Source of the DNA: an uncultured Acidobacteriaceae bacterium
GTDB taxonomy: Bacteria > Acidobacteriota > Terriglobia > Terriglobales > Acidobacteriaceae
DNA length: 64,000 bases
Assembly: GCA_963804155.1 (NCBI GenBank)
Contig: CAWDPG010000004.1
Span: forward strand, 818,651 to 882,650
Reading direction: 5' to 3'
In this document: piece after piece, positions 29,536 through 39,558 of the stretch
How the letters are laid out: the number at the start of each line of letters is the position of its first letter
Position numbering within the stretch: the stretch's first letter is position 1
Position numbers and translations under genes: made by a program
The notes under the pieces: generated by a model
Databases searched by the model: none
What the model saw: the letters and a program-made list of their open reading frames with translations, nothing else
What the model was told of the DNA's origin: nothing

Positions 29536-32265
29536 TTAGAAACCTATCCCCAGATCGTGCCCATAGCCGATTTCACGCCCAATTTTCAGCGGGTCAATTT
29601 GCTGCACAGACAACGATTCAATGCCGTGCGCCAACTCATTCTGTCGAGTCTGCTCGCGGGTCAATTCAGTTGCCGATGGGCGCATCGAAGAAATGCCGAG
29701 TGATTCGCGCAGCCGGTCAACATCGGAAGTGATAACCGTGATTCCTTCGCGGCCTCGCGACGCAGCGACGTAGAACTGCTCTTGCTTCATTCCGTCGCCG
29801 GAGAGAACCACCGCATCCACAGTCTTGCCCTGGCTGCGATGTGCGGTGATCGCGTAGCCGTGGTCGAACTCGTGATAGTTTGCGGGCAAGGTGCGGCCAC
29901 CCTCAAGTTGAATGCGCCCTCCATCGACACTGCACACTTTTACCAGTTCGCCGTTTGTGGCGCGGAAATCCGTCTCCCGGCGATTTCCTATCAACAGGAG
30001 CCGGTCTCCAGGAGCCACTTCGATTTGATGACGCTCATGCACAGAGAAAGACCGCGCCTGTGTTGGACTCACCATGCGCTCTACGCCGTGCCGATCTCTC
30101 GCTACTATTTGCGATGCATTCGCACGTTCAACGACGAGTGCTTCATGCTTGCTTATCCCATGCGAAGAGCGATGGAACTGTAGTACCTGGCCTTCCTGAT
30201 AATTCGACAAGTCCTTCTTCTGCGCTTCTGTCCATTGCAGCGGCTCATGACGCTCAAAGGCCATGCCGTGATTAAGTTCTCCGCCTTGCTTCATGTCTTC
30301 GCGGATGGCATGGGTGATTCTGGCAATCTCTTCGTGAGTGCCAGCAACGACGAGCACTTTACGGCCGGGATCAACTGCGAGTTCTCGGTAAGCCGCTGCT
30401 ACGGTGTGCGCGGTATCCAGGTAAGGAACCTCACGAACGGCCCCGAGCTTTTTCAGCTTTTCAAAACCCTGTTCCGGGGAATCGCGCAACGCCTGAATGG
30501 CGTCCCGATACTCTGCCCGTGTCTGCCTTTGCACGCCGATCAGCGAGACGCTTTTCATCTGCGATTCCCGCTCCAGAATGCGCAAGGCGTCCGACGCTTC
30601 GACACTTTGAATCTGCCGGGTGTCCCCGGAGAAAAGAAGTCGCACGTTTCCATGCTCCGCCAGTTTGAGTAACTCATCCATTTGTCGGCCAGAGATCATG
30701 CCCGCCTCATCGACGATCAAAACTTTGCCACGCACCGCACCCCGCTGAGTTTCATCCTCCAGCAATCGGGAAACCGTCATTGCATCTCGAAATCCGACCT
30801 TCTGCAACTCCTCAACCGCGCTACGTGTCGGCGCGACCGCCGTCACTTTGCGCCCGGCTTCGCGTAAACCACGCTCAATTTCCTGAAGCGTGGCCGTCTT
30901 GCCCGTTCCGGCCGCGCCGCATAGATTGATGGCAAGATCGCGGGAAGCCAAAACCTCATGAACGGCCCGCCGCTGTTCATCTCGCAGACGCTCAGAAGGC
31001 TGGAATTCACGCTCGCCACCCAACCGTTCAAAGCGCCCGGTACCGCGATCCACTGCCGCAATCATCCGCTGTTCGCGCTCAAGACTCTCGCGTGTAGCCA
31101 GATTGTTTCCAGCGCGAATAAGGATACCCTGTGACTGCTCCACTTCCAGAGCGCCGCGCAACTGACCAGGATCAATCCGCCCACGCCCGTGACGAAGAGC
31201 TTCGGTCATCAGGTCGAAGTCGCGCACGACGGAGTTGCGCTCGAAGAGGTGTGCCTTGGCGTACTGAAGCGACTCCGATGCTTGATAGAATTCCTGAGAA
31301 ATACGCGGATGCCGTTCGATGGACTTGGTCCGGATACTTTGCAGCGTTTGTCTTTCCTCCGGCGCAAGACGGGCTTGCTGTTGCTCCCTCACCCGCTCCG
31401 TGGAGATTTCCGCCAGTTTTTCCGCGCGGGATTCGCGGACGAGCACGGCAACTTCATTATCGGTTGGCTTGCGGCCATGCTCCGCCGTGAATTGCTCAAT
31501 AGCGGCGTCGCGCTGTGCGCTGCGCACGCTGTACCTTTCGAGCAATTCATTCGATACGCCGTGAATCTCGAATCCATGATCTCTGCCCCTGGAATCGCGG
31601 CGCGGTTCGATCTCGTAGCCAAGGCCGCGCACTTCACGAGCCAGCGCGTTCCGGTAGACTTCCGTCAGATAAGCGCGGCGCTCGTACAGTCCCGACGCCT
31701 GCAATGCCTTCCAACGCCCTTCCACGCCGTCATAGGTAAGATTGGCCGCGACGGCGTGTGTGTGCAACTGCGGATCGAGTTCGCGGCTTGTGTCGTGACG
31801 ATAGGAAGCAACGATCCAGTTGCCGGTTGCCCGATCCTCATTCGCACCATTCAACCGGACGCGCGTCGCTGCATGGCTCTCGGCCTCTGCAAGTGCCTCC
31901 CGGACAGCCTTGTCGTGAGCTGCTACCAGGCGCTCATCCCCACCGACGAGCGCTTGGACAGAGACCGACTTTGGAGCGGAGAAAGTCAGATCGTACAGGG
32001 ACCGCCCTTTGCTTTGTTCGCTTCCATCCACACCAATGCGGTCTGCACTATGGCGGGGCCGGAGGAACTCACCTGTCTCCGGATGCAGCCCTTCGCGGAT
32101 CGCCTCAAACTGCTCTCGCGTCACTTCGCCGCGAAGCCCTAGCAACTCCGCACCGCGCCCATGCCACTCGCCTTGCACGCGGCGATGTTCATCGTAGTAA
32201 TCGCTGTGTTCGAGATGGCGCTGGGCATACCCAACACCGCCCGACATGGCCCGTATCGTCAGCAT
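29536..32265 (-). CDS. MobF-family conjugative relaxase (TrwC/TraI-like) fused to a RecD-like helicase
   Basis: 909 aa. The N-terminal relaxase domain has a Tyr pair (HLEHSDYYDE) and the His triad motif HDTSRELDPQLHTHAV. The helicase has Walker A NLCGAAGTGKTATL and Walker B LIVDEAGMISGRQM. The C-terminal UvrD_C-like motif is YAITAHRSQGKTVDAV. Confidence 0.9.
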   Translation of the reverse strand: MLTIRAMSGGVGYAQRHLEHSDYYDEHRRVQGEWHGRGAELLGLRGEVTREQFEAIREGLHPETGEFLRPRHSADRIGVDGSEQSKGRSLYDLTFSAPKSVSVQALVGGDERLVAAHDKAVREALAEAESHAATRVRLNGANEDRATGNWIVASYRHDTSRELDPQLHTHAVAANLTYDGVEGRWKALQASGLYERRAYLTEVYRNALAREVRGLGYEIEPRRDSRGRDHGFEIHGVSNELLERYSVRSAQRDAAIEQFTAEHGRKPTDNEVAVLVRESRAEKLAEISTERVREQQQARLAPEERQTLQSIRTKSIERHPRISQEFYQASESLQYAKAHLFERNSVVRDFDLMTEALRHGRGRIDPGQLRGALEVEQSQGILIRAGNNLATRESLEREQRMIAAVDRGTGRFERLGGEREFQPSERLRDEQRRAVHEVLASRDLAINLCGAAGTGKTATLQEIERGLREAGRKVTAVAPTRSAVEELQKVGFRDAMTVSRLLEDETQRGAVRGKVLIVDEAGMISGRQMDELLKLAEHGNVRLLFSGDTRQIQSVEASDALRILERESQMKSVSLIGVQRQTRAEYRDAIQALRDSPEQGFEKLKKLGAVREVPYLDTAHTVAAAYRELAVDPGRKVLVVAGTHEEIARITHAIREDMKQGGELNHGMAFERHEPLQWTEAQKKDLSNYQEGQVLQFHRSSHGISKHEALVVERANASQIVARDRHGVERMVSPTQARSFSVHERHQIEVAPGDRLLLIGNRRETDFRATNGELVKVCSVDGGRIQLEGGRTLPANYHEFDHGYAITAHRSQGKTVDAVVLSGDGMKQEQFYVAASRGREGITVITSDVDRLRESLGISSMRPSATELTREQTRQNELAHGIESLSVQQIDPLKIGREIGYGHDLGIGF

Positions 32266-32814
32266 AGCCCGAAGCTAATGCTGTTCGAATTCCGAATGCA
32301 ACAGCCTTTGTAACTTTGCCTCCTTGGTTGCCATGCCAATGCCGAAGCCTGAAGGAGCCAAGTCCAGCGCCCAGTCTGCCCAGGTTACAGTCTGAATCCG
32401 CGAGCATCGTTTCGACAATACCCGGCCAAAAGCGTTCTCGCTACGCTCGTTCTGGAGATAGACACCATCCCTAAGCCTGACGGCTTAGGCTGGCTAAATC
32501 AGTGACCTGAGATCGAACAGAACTCGAACAACAGCGGACCATGTCCGAAAACGATCGACGGCTGTTCGACAGCACTGAGAATCTCACATGCGGTCCGAAA
32601 GAATCCGAATTGGAACGCGGGACACTGATTCTGCACCTTCGGCCAATGCGGTTTGCACCGAGAGATACGGTCAGGTCGAAGCCTTGAACTAACCAGAATC
32701 ATCGCTTTCATTAACCTGGAGCGTTATGTAAGATTCATGGTGACTGAGCCGGCGCGGCTTCCCTCCGACACTTTCAATCGAGGGCGCCGCGCTGCTACGG
32801 AAGAATGGGCGGAC

Positions 32815-34320
32815 TTATTGGGAGTTCACACAATCGACATAATCCTGCTCATCCATTTGGCTGAGGCCGCAGCTGTAGAGCGGCCAGTTGGCGGTGTTGG
32901 CCATGTTCCAGGGAAACGCCGTGCTGCTGGAGACGTAGTAGTTGAGGAACGTTGCAGTACCGGCAGCTTTCTGTGAGAGCTGCGGGTAGAGTTGCTGGAA
33001 GGATGACTCGAGCGTCGCGTTGGGGGCGGCGCTGTAAGCAGTCGAAAAAGTGTAAAGAGTGTTGAATTGTGCCGGCGCAGGCGAAGCCGCAAGAAAATAT
33101 GCGAGATTGTAGCTGATCGACTCATAATCCATCGGCATCTGCGTGGCTTGTGCAACCGTGAAGATTTTGAAGGCCGGGTCATTGCCGAAGACCGGGCTTA
33201 TGCCAGGGATTCCGAAGAGCACATCCCCGGTGGGCAAGACCCGGAATTCATCCATGTGGGTGTGACCGGTGATGCCCATTGCGATCAGGCCCGGGTACTT
33301 TGAGAGGATCAGCATAAACTGTGTTTCGAATTGCGGCTGCCACATCATGGCGGCTTCGTCGTCTGTGATCTGAGTAGAGGAATTGAATGTTCCGACTTTT
33401 TGTGCGGTTGCCGTGGTGTTTGCGCCGGGCGGAACATGCATGATGAGCCACACCTTTTGGCCGGCAGCCTGCGCAGCCGCCAACTGGGAATCAAGCCAGG
33501 TAAGTTCGGCGTAAGGGTTCAGCGGCGGCACGTAGGGTGACTGAGCAAACGGGTTGCTGTCGAGCGCAATGACGAGTACATTCGATCCCGGTAGCTGTGC
33601 GGAATACGATCCGAGGGTCGTGAATGTGCCTTGAAAGGACGCCTGGTCTACGCTGCTATTCAGAAGCTGCGTATAGAGTGTGCCAGCGTTGTCTGTAAGG
33701 AATTGAGCGTCTGGTCCGGTGCCGTAAATGCTGTAGGTATCGATATTCCCCGGCACGAAAATCACGGGTACGTTTCCCACATTGGCTCTGATCTGCATGG
33801 AGACGAAGGCCATCGTCTTGTCCAGAAAACTTTGCATTGCGGCCGTTTCAGGTGTTGTAGGGGGCGTTGTGGGAATTAGTGGACAATTTGCCGGGTTGAG
33901 CTGCGCGGGAAGGGTGGAAGCAGTATACATCTGATAAAAACACTGCGAAAGATCGTGGCCGAGCATATCGCCGGAAAGAAGAACTACCGGACTCGATCCA
34001 AGATTCTGCTTGAGTGCAGCCAGGGCGAGGACCAGCGATGAGTAATTCGTATCGGCCCCAAATGTCGCGGGAGGTACAGGATTCGCGCTCTGATCGGCCG
34101 CGAAAATGCTCTGCCACTGACTAGCGGGCTGGGCTACGAGCTGGGGAAAGAGGGCTGGGTTCGCAAGCGGATTGAAATGAATATCGGAGATGGCCACCAC
34201 CGTATATGTCGATGGGGTGACGACGGGCGTTACAGGCGCGGTCGTTTTGCCACCGCACCCCAGCGCCCAAACGACATTACCTAACACCAGAAAAGAGAAG
34301 TAGCGCGAAATCTTGCTCAT
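32815..34320 (-). CDS. secreted/lipoprotein calcineurin-like metallophosphoesterase
   Basis: 501 aa with lipobox-like VWALGCGG. Metallophosphoesterase motifs occur in order: ISDIHFN (DxH), LSGDMLGHD (GDxxxH), VPGNIDT (GN-x-D), IMHVPPG, GHTHMDEF (GHxH). Confidence 0.8.
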   Translation of the reverse strand: MSKISRYFSFLVLGNVVWALGCGGKTTAPVTPVVTPSTYTVVAISDIHFNPLANPALFPQLVAQPASQWQSIFAADQSANPVPPATFGADTNYSSLVLALAALKQNLGSSPVVLLSGDMLGHDLSQCFYQMYTASTLPAQLNPANCPLIPTTPPTTPETAAMQSFLDKTMAFVSMQIRANVGNVPVIFVPGNIDTYSIYGTGPDAQFLTDNAGTLYTQLLNSSVDQASFQGTFTTLGSYSAQLPGSNVLVIALDSNPFAQSPYVPPLNPYAELTWLDSQLAAAQAAGQKVWLIMHVPPGANTTATAQKVGTFNSSTQITDDEAAMMWQPQFETQFMLILSKYPGLIAMGITGHTHMDEFRVLPTGDVLFGIPGISPVFGNDPAFKIFTVAQATQMPMDYESISYNLAYFLAASPAPAQFNTLYTFSTAYSAAPNATLESSFQQLYPQLSQKAAGTATFLNYYVSSSTAFPWNMANTANWPLYSCGLSQMDEQDYVDCVNSQ

Positions 34321-34581
34321 AGGTCCCCTTTACGAACGGAAAGCCACAACATTGCCTGTTCGCTCTTGGCGAAATAGAGCAGCGTGGGGCCTGAGCATTA
34401 CATCGGCATAGATGGTTCTTGAGTTTAGCCTGCGATGCCTTGATTAGAGGGATCTAAAAACTATACTCAAGAACCCTTTATGCCGATAACCCAGGTGCGG
34501 GCGGCTCTCGCACTGTTTGACTGCAAACGAAGAGGCAATGCGCGGCCAGGTGACAAGACAGGATTATCGAGGGAGTTCTCC

Positions 34582-37500
34582 ATGCGATCGATGCGTTGGA
34601 CGTATGTCCTTTTGTTGGTCTTCAGTTTCTCAATGTACGGATGTAGCGGCGGCAGCAGTTCAAATCCGACGCCACTACCGCCCTCGGGCTTGAGCTACGC
34701 CGCGCCAGCGGCAACGTACACGGTGGGAACAGCGATCACCGCAAACACGCCGACGGTAAGTGGCGGAGCGGCGGCCTCCTACAGTGCCAATCCAGCTCTT
34801 CCGCCGGGCCTCGGCCTGAGCAGCAGCACGGGAGATATCAGCGGAACGCCGACGAAGGTAAGCGCCGCTGCAAATTACACAATTAAGGCGTCGAATACAG
34901 CCGGAAGTGCGACCGCAACAGTTTCTATCGCCGTAAATCCAGTGGCCCCGGTGGCCTTGGCCTACGCCACCAATCCAGCTAGCTATAACGTCGGAGTGGC
35001 CATCGCTGCGAATGCTCCGACCAGCGCAGGGGGCGCCGTAGCCTCTTACAGCGTGGTTCCTACGCTGCCCTGGGGTTTGAGCCTGGATAGCACCTCGGGC
35101 GTCATCAGCGGAGCACCAACGGTGGCCACACCGCAGACCAAATACACGGTCACGGCCTACAACGCCGGCGGAAGTGCCAGCGCCACCTTGAGCATTACCG
35201 TGGCGAACGGCGCGCCGGCGAATCTTGCTTACAGCGTCCCTGCGCCGACCTACACCTTGGCAACGACTATCCCAGTGAATCTGCCGACGTGCACGGGCGG
35301 CGAGCCGACGCAGTACTCGGTGCTCCCGACGCTTTCATCGAGTTCCCCTTTCAGCTCTACGGGTCTCTCATTTAGCACGTCGAGCGGAGCCATCAGCGGT
35401 ACGCCAAAAGCGGCAATGGCAGCTACCAGCTACACCGTCACGGCCAGTAACGCTTTTGGAGCGACTGCCACCACGCTCACCATCACGATCGATGCTGCCG
35501 CTTCGAGCCCGGCCCTGACTTACTTGCCCAGCACGGTTGTCTACACCGCCGGCCAGGCCATTACACCTCTGGGGCTGAGCAGTGGCGTAACCGGAGGCTA
35601 TAGCGTATCTCCGCCGCTTCCGTCCGGATTGAGTCTCGACAGCGCTTCGGGAACGATCAGCGGAACGCCATCGGACGTGACAGCGACGGAGACCTATACC
35701 GTCACGGCATCGACCTCCGCCGGCAACGTGACAGGGACAGTGAGCATCACGGTGGACGATGTGGCGCCCTGGTCGCAGTCGATACCGAATATGGATCAGA
35801 CCATTACCCCTCTCGCGCCGGCGAGCTCGCAGCTGCAACAACTCAACCCCGATCTCGCTGACAATCCGGCGTGGTTGGCCACCCATGCAGCGACCACCGC
35901 GATCAGTCCCGATGGCAACACAATGTTGGTGATGACCACCGGCTACAACCGGGTCTTTAGCGAAAGCAGCAACACGCTGACTTCGTTCCAGACGACCGAC
36001 TCGAACGAGTACGTGTTCGTCTACGACATCTCAGGCGGCGCTCCGATCAAAAAACAAGTGCTTTCCGTGCCCGTGACCTATTTCGGGATTGCGTGGGATC
36101 CGACAAGCAACGGCACTGCGGCGCATTTTTACGTGCCGACCTGCAGCGCGGACTACGTGTTTGTCTACTCCTACAACACCTCAGCAAAACTCTGGCTGTT
36201 GGACACCAACAACACGCCGAACCTGGGCAAGCCGGGGCAAACGCCGCCGAGTCCAGCGGCGCCTATCTGGCTCGGCCACACCCTCGGAATCGGTCTGGAC
36301 GTGGTGCCTCCGGTCAATGCCGTGCCGGTCAATGCGCAGGTTGCGGTGTACCCTTGCGCGGCGGGCATCGCCCTCTCGAATACGGGGCAGACCATGGTGG
36401 TGACGAACTACTACAACGATTCCATTTCAATCCTCACAGGAGGGTATGGCGCCTGGTCGTATCTCGGAGGCAGCGCGACAACAGCAAACATCGATTTGCG
36501 TCCCGGCAAGAGCCTGGTCACGGCGGCAAGCGGAATGCCGGGAGGCGAATATCCGTTCTGGGTGCAGGTTGCAGGCAGCGAGCCGAATGCAGTCGCCTAC
36601 GTGTCGAGCATTCGCGATCGCGAAATCGACGTAGTTCCTCTCCACGGTTCACCCATAGGAGTCACGACGCGAATCGCCGTGAAGGGTCAGCCGAACAAGA
36701 TGATCATGAACAAAGCACAGACCCTCTTGTATGTCGCCGAAGATCAATCCGACACGATAGACGTCATCGACATCAATCCCAGTCCAACGCACTTCGAAAC
36801 CGTGAACACGGTTATCGAGACCATTCCGGTCATAGCCCCCGCGGGGTTGTTCCCCTCTTCGTTCTATTCATCCAATTCCGACACTGCGAACGCGAACCCG
36901 ATATATGCCGGCTCGAATACCAACAGTCTTACGCTCTCAAACGACGAAACCCAGCTCTATGTGACTAATGGAAATCTCAACAACGTTGCCGTCGTTCAAC
37001 TGACTGGAGCTAACTCCGGCGATAACGTTGTGGGTCTGATTCCGACGGGCTGGTATCCCAATTCCGTAAGCGTGAGCCGCACCGGATGGATGTACGTGGC
37101 CAACGCCAAATCGCCCACTGGGCCAAATCCAGATTGGTGTTATGGCTATGGGCCCACGAGCTTTCAGCCGAATTGCTTTCCAGCCAATCAATACAACCCC
37201 CAGCGCACCAAAGCCGGACTGCAGAGTTTTCCCATTCCCAGCGCCGCGCAACTGCCGCAATTGACGGCGCAAGTGGCGACCAACAACCGTTTCTCCTCGA
37301 CAGAAAGTAATAGCGATGCGCAGATTATGGCCGCTGTAAGCAAAGGGGTCAAGCACGTGATCTACATTCTCAAGGAGAATCGAACCTACGATCAGGTGCT
37401 CGGCGATCTGGTGGATAAGAACGGCATGCCCATCGGTGATCAGGATACGAACCTGGTTCAGTGGGGACAGGCCATTACTCCGAACCAGCATAGTCTGGCA

Positions 37501-38751
37501 CGCACATTCGTTACACTCGACCATTTTTATGCCAGTTCTGAAGTCAGCTACGACGGATGGCTTTGGAGCACATCGGCGCAAAGTCCAGACGTGGTCGAGC
37601 ATCAATTCCCGGTAGTTTACGGGTTTCGCGCTCTCAGCTTGGATTCGGAAGGGCTGAATCGCAGCGTAAACACGGCGCTTCCTACTCTCGCCGACCGTAT
37701 TGCCGCCGATCCCTTAACGCCGAACGACCCGGATGTGCTGCCAGGCCAAACGGCTGTAAGCGCTCCGGACGGACCGAACAACGAGATCAACACCGGCTAT
37801 ATATGGAATGCCGTCTTGCGTGCCGGTCTCACAGTTCGCAACTACGGGTTTTTCATCGACACCACCTGTTACAACCAGCCGGGTTGCTTCATTCCCGAGG
37901 TACATTACCCGGCTTCGTCATATACCGTCGTCGCGACCCCGACCAACGCCGCACTGGCGCCTTACACCGACCTCTATTTCCGAGGTTTCGACAACAACTA
38001 TCCCGATTACTATCGCTATAAAGAGTGGGAGCGCGAGTTCGATGCGAACTACGCCAGCGGCGGATTGCCCACGCTCAGCCTCGTGCGGCTCATGCACGAT
38101 CACACTGGAAGTTTCGGCACCGCAATGGACATGGTCAATACTCCGGAGTTGATGCAGGCCGATAACGATTATGCTGTGGGATTGCTGGTACAAAAGATTG
38201 CTAACAGCATCTATGCGCAAAATACATTGATCTTTGTCGTGGAAGACGATGCGCAGGATGGTGCAGATCACGTGGATTCTCACCGAACGATCGCGTTCGT
38301 AGCAGGCGCCTACGTTAAGCAAGGCGCCGTCATTTCCACACACTACAATACGGTCGACTTCATTCGCACGATGGAAGAAGTGTTGGGGCTGAAGCAATAC
38401 CTGAATCTGAACGACGCTCTCGGCCACCCCATGACCGATATCTTCACCACGACACCGCAACCCTGGCAATTTACCGCTGCGCCATCGGCTTACCTCTACG
38501 CTTCTCAACTGCCTCTTCCCGGCGCTCCGGTTGGCATGAAAGTGCCCAAGTCTACGCATAACTCCGTTTACTGGGCGCGGGTCACAAGAGGGCTGGACTT
38601 CTCCGACTCCGATCGAGTCGATTCGCTTGTGTTCAACCGGATTCTGTGGAAGGGAACCATGCACAAGCCGCTTCCTCTGTCGCTCAGGAAGGCGCATTCC
38701 GACGATGACGACGATGATCGGCCGCGTAAGAGTCCGCAGCCGGCCAGCTAA
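34582..38751 (+). CDS. giant lipoprotein: 4 Ig-like repeats, a YVTN/YncE-type beta-propeller and a PLC/AcpA-type phosphoesterase domain
   Basis: ATG 34582 is preceded by GAGGGAG. Lipoprotein signal: MRSMRWTYVLLLVFSFSMYGCSGG. Four ~95-aa repeats end in LPxGLSLxSxSGxISGTP. Propeller-type strands: LYVAEDQSDTIDVIDI and LYVTNGNLNNVAVVQL. Phosphoesterase-family motifs: VKHVIYILKENRTYDQVLGDL and VEDDAQDGADHVDSHRT. Confidence 0.85.
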   Translation: MRSMRWTYVLLLVFSFSMYGCSGGSSSNPTPLPPSGLSYAAPAATYTVGTAITANTPTVSGGAAASYSANPALPPGLGLSSSTGDISGTPTKVSAAANYTIKASNTAGSATATVSIAVNPVAPVALAYATNPASYNVGVAIAANAPTSAGGAVASYSVVPTLPWGLSLDSTSGVISGAPTVATPQTKYTVTAYNAGGSASATLSITVANGAPANLAYSVPAPTYTLATTIPVNLPTCTGGEPTQYSVLPTLSSSSPFSSTGLSFSTSSGAISGTPKAAMAATSYTVTASNAFGATATTLTITIDAAASSPALTYLPSTVVYTAGQAITPLGLSSGVTGGYSVSPPLPSGLSLDSASGTISGTPSDVTATETYTVTASTSAGNVTGTVSITVDDVAPWSQSIPNMDQTITPLAPASSQLQQLNPDLADNPAWLATHAATTAISPDGNTMLVMTTGYNRVFSESSNTLTSFQTTDSNEYVFVYDISGGAPIKKQVLSVPVTYFGIAWDPTSNGTAAHFYVPTCSADYVFVYSYNTSAKLWLLDTNNTPNLGKPGQTPPSPAAPIWLGHTLGIGLDVVPPVNAVPVNAQVAVYPCAAGIALSNTGQTMVVTNYYNDSISILTGGYGAWSYLGGSATTANIDLRPGKSLVTAASGMPGGEYPFWVQVAGSEPNAVAYVSSIRDREIDVVPLHGSPIGVTTRIAVKGQPNKMIMNKAQTLLYVAEDQSDTIDVIDINPSPTHFETVNTVIETIPVIAPAGLFPSSFYSSNSDTANANPIYAGSNTNSLTLSNDETQLYVTNGNLNNVAVVQLTGANSGDNVVGLIPTGWYPNSVSVSRTGWMYVANAKSPTGPNPDWCYGYGPTSFQPNCFPANQYNPQRTKAGLQSFPIPSAAQLPQLTAQVATNNRFSSTESNSDAQIMAAVSKGVKHVIYILKENRTYDQVLGDLVDKNGMPIGDQDTNLVQWGQAITPNQHSLARTFVTLDHFYASSEVSYDGWLWSTSAQSPDVVEHQFPVVYGFRALSLDSEGLNRSVNTALPTLADRIAADPLTPNDPDVLPGQTAVSAPDGPNNEINTGYIWNAVLRAGLTVRNYGFFIDTTCYNQPGCFIPEVHYPASSYTVVATPTNAALAPYTDLYFRGFDNNYPDYYRYKEWEREFDANYASGGLPTLSLVRLMHDHTGSFGTAMDMVNTPELMQADNDYAVGLLVQKIANSIYAQNTLIFVVEDDAQDGADHVDSHRTIAFVAGAYVKQGAVISTHYNTVDFIRTMEEVLGLKQYLNLNDALGHPMTDIFTTTPQPWQFTAAPSAYLYASQLPLPGAPVGMKVPKSTHNSVYWARVTRGLDFSDSDRVDSLVFNRILWKGTMHKPLPLSLRKAHSDDDDDDRPRKSPQPAS

Positions 38752-38764
38752 AGGGAGAGGAGAT

Positions 38765-39400
38765 CCCCCGGCTCTGCCGGGGTGGCAGTAGCAGTTTGAC
38801 ATTTCCGGGAGTCCATCCAAGAAGCTCCAGATGTGAGCCGACCAAAGCACACATCAAGGAGAATCTGGATGGACCAATTGGAGAGTCTAAGTCACTCCGT
38901 ATGGGAGTGCAAATACCACGTAGCCTTTATCCCCAAATGCCGCCGTCGAGTGCTGTATGAAGGGCTTCGGCAGCATTTGGGAGAGGTCTTTCGGCGTCTG
39001 GCCGAGCAGAAGGAAAGCCGGGTGCTGGAAGGCCACCTTATGCCGGACCATGTGCATATGCTGCTTTCGATACCTCCCAAGTATGCGGTGTCGGAAGTGG
39101 TGGGTTTCATCAAGGGCAAGAGCACGATTCACCTGGCGCGGACCTACGGTGAGCACAAGCAGAATTTCGCAGGCCAGCATTTCTGGGCGCGCGGGTATTT
39201 TGTGTCGACGGTGGGGCGTGATGAAACGGCGATTCGCGAGTACATCCGCAATCAAGAAGTTGAGGACAAGCGCCTGGACCAACTGCGAATGTGGAAATAG
39301 CCGCCGTAAGGCGGCCCCAATCACGTCGGGGCCGCGTTAGCGACCCCGCTCAAGCCGCTTTGAGCGGCTCACACCGTAAAGCCCCCGGCTCTGCCGGGGG
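38765..39400 (+). mobile_element. IS200-group (IS200/IS605 family) insertion sequence, tnpA only
   Basis: A Y1/HUH transposase gene is flanked by the same GC hairpin in the same orientation: CCCCGGC-TCT-GCCGGGG at 38765-38782 and at 39382-39400. There is no tnpB. The exact termini are not determined. Confidence 0.8.
38869..39300 (+). CDS. tnpA: IS200/IS605 family transposase TnpA (Y1 HUH)
   Basis: ATG 38869 is preceded by AAGGAG. MDQLESLSHSVWECKYHVAFIPKCRRRVLY.., HUH motif PDHVHMLLSIPP, catalytic Tyr region REYIRNQE. About 143 aa. Confidence 0.92.
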   Translation: MDQLESLSHSVWECKYHVAFIPKCRRRVLYEGLRQHLGEVFRRLAEQKESRVLEGHLMPDHVHMLLSIPPKYAVSEVVGFIKGKSTIHLARTYGEHKQNFAGQHFWARGYFVSTVGRDETAIREYIRNQEVEDKRLDQLRMWK

Positions 39401-39558
39401 ATATTTACAGAGAGCGAGACCGGTCAGAAGGAGATCGCATGCTGCGAAATGTGGCCACATAGCAGGGGATTCGCAATGCAGGCAGGCCGGAGTGATTCGT
39501 GAGCCTCACATGACCGACGATTTCAGCCGGAATTGTGAATCGAAGACTGGAGAGGAAG

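Noticed and set aside
32240-32280. Similarity of CGTATCGTCAGCATAGCCCGA to my recollection of the R388 (MobF) nic region, GCGTATTGTCT/ATAGCCCAGA, as a possible oriT nick site.
   Set aside because: It needs a gap to align and has no adjacent hairpin like R388 IR2. It also overlaps the relaxase start codon on the opposite strand, so coding constraints can explain it, and it relies on my memory of the R388 sequence. It is still worth a formal oriT comparison.
32266-32814. Small ORFs (32189..32407, 32499..32711, 32653..32976) considered as a TrwA-like relaxase accessory gene.
   Set aside because: No RHH or HTH pattern, odd composition and no RBS. The region is more likely a promoter or untranslated region. 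The hairpin CCTAAGCC-TGAC-GGCTTAGG at about 32470-32489 was noted but has no clear role.
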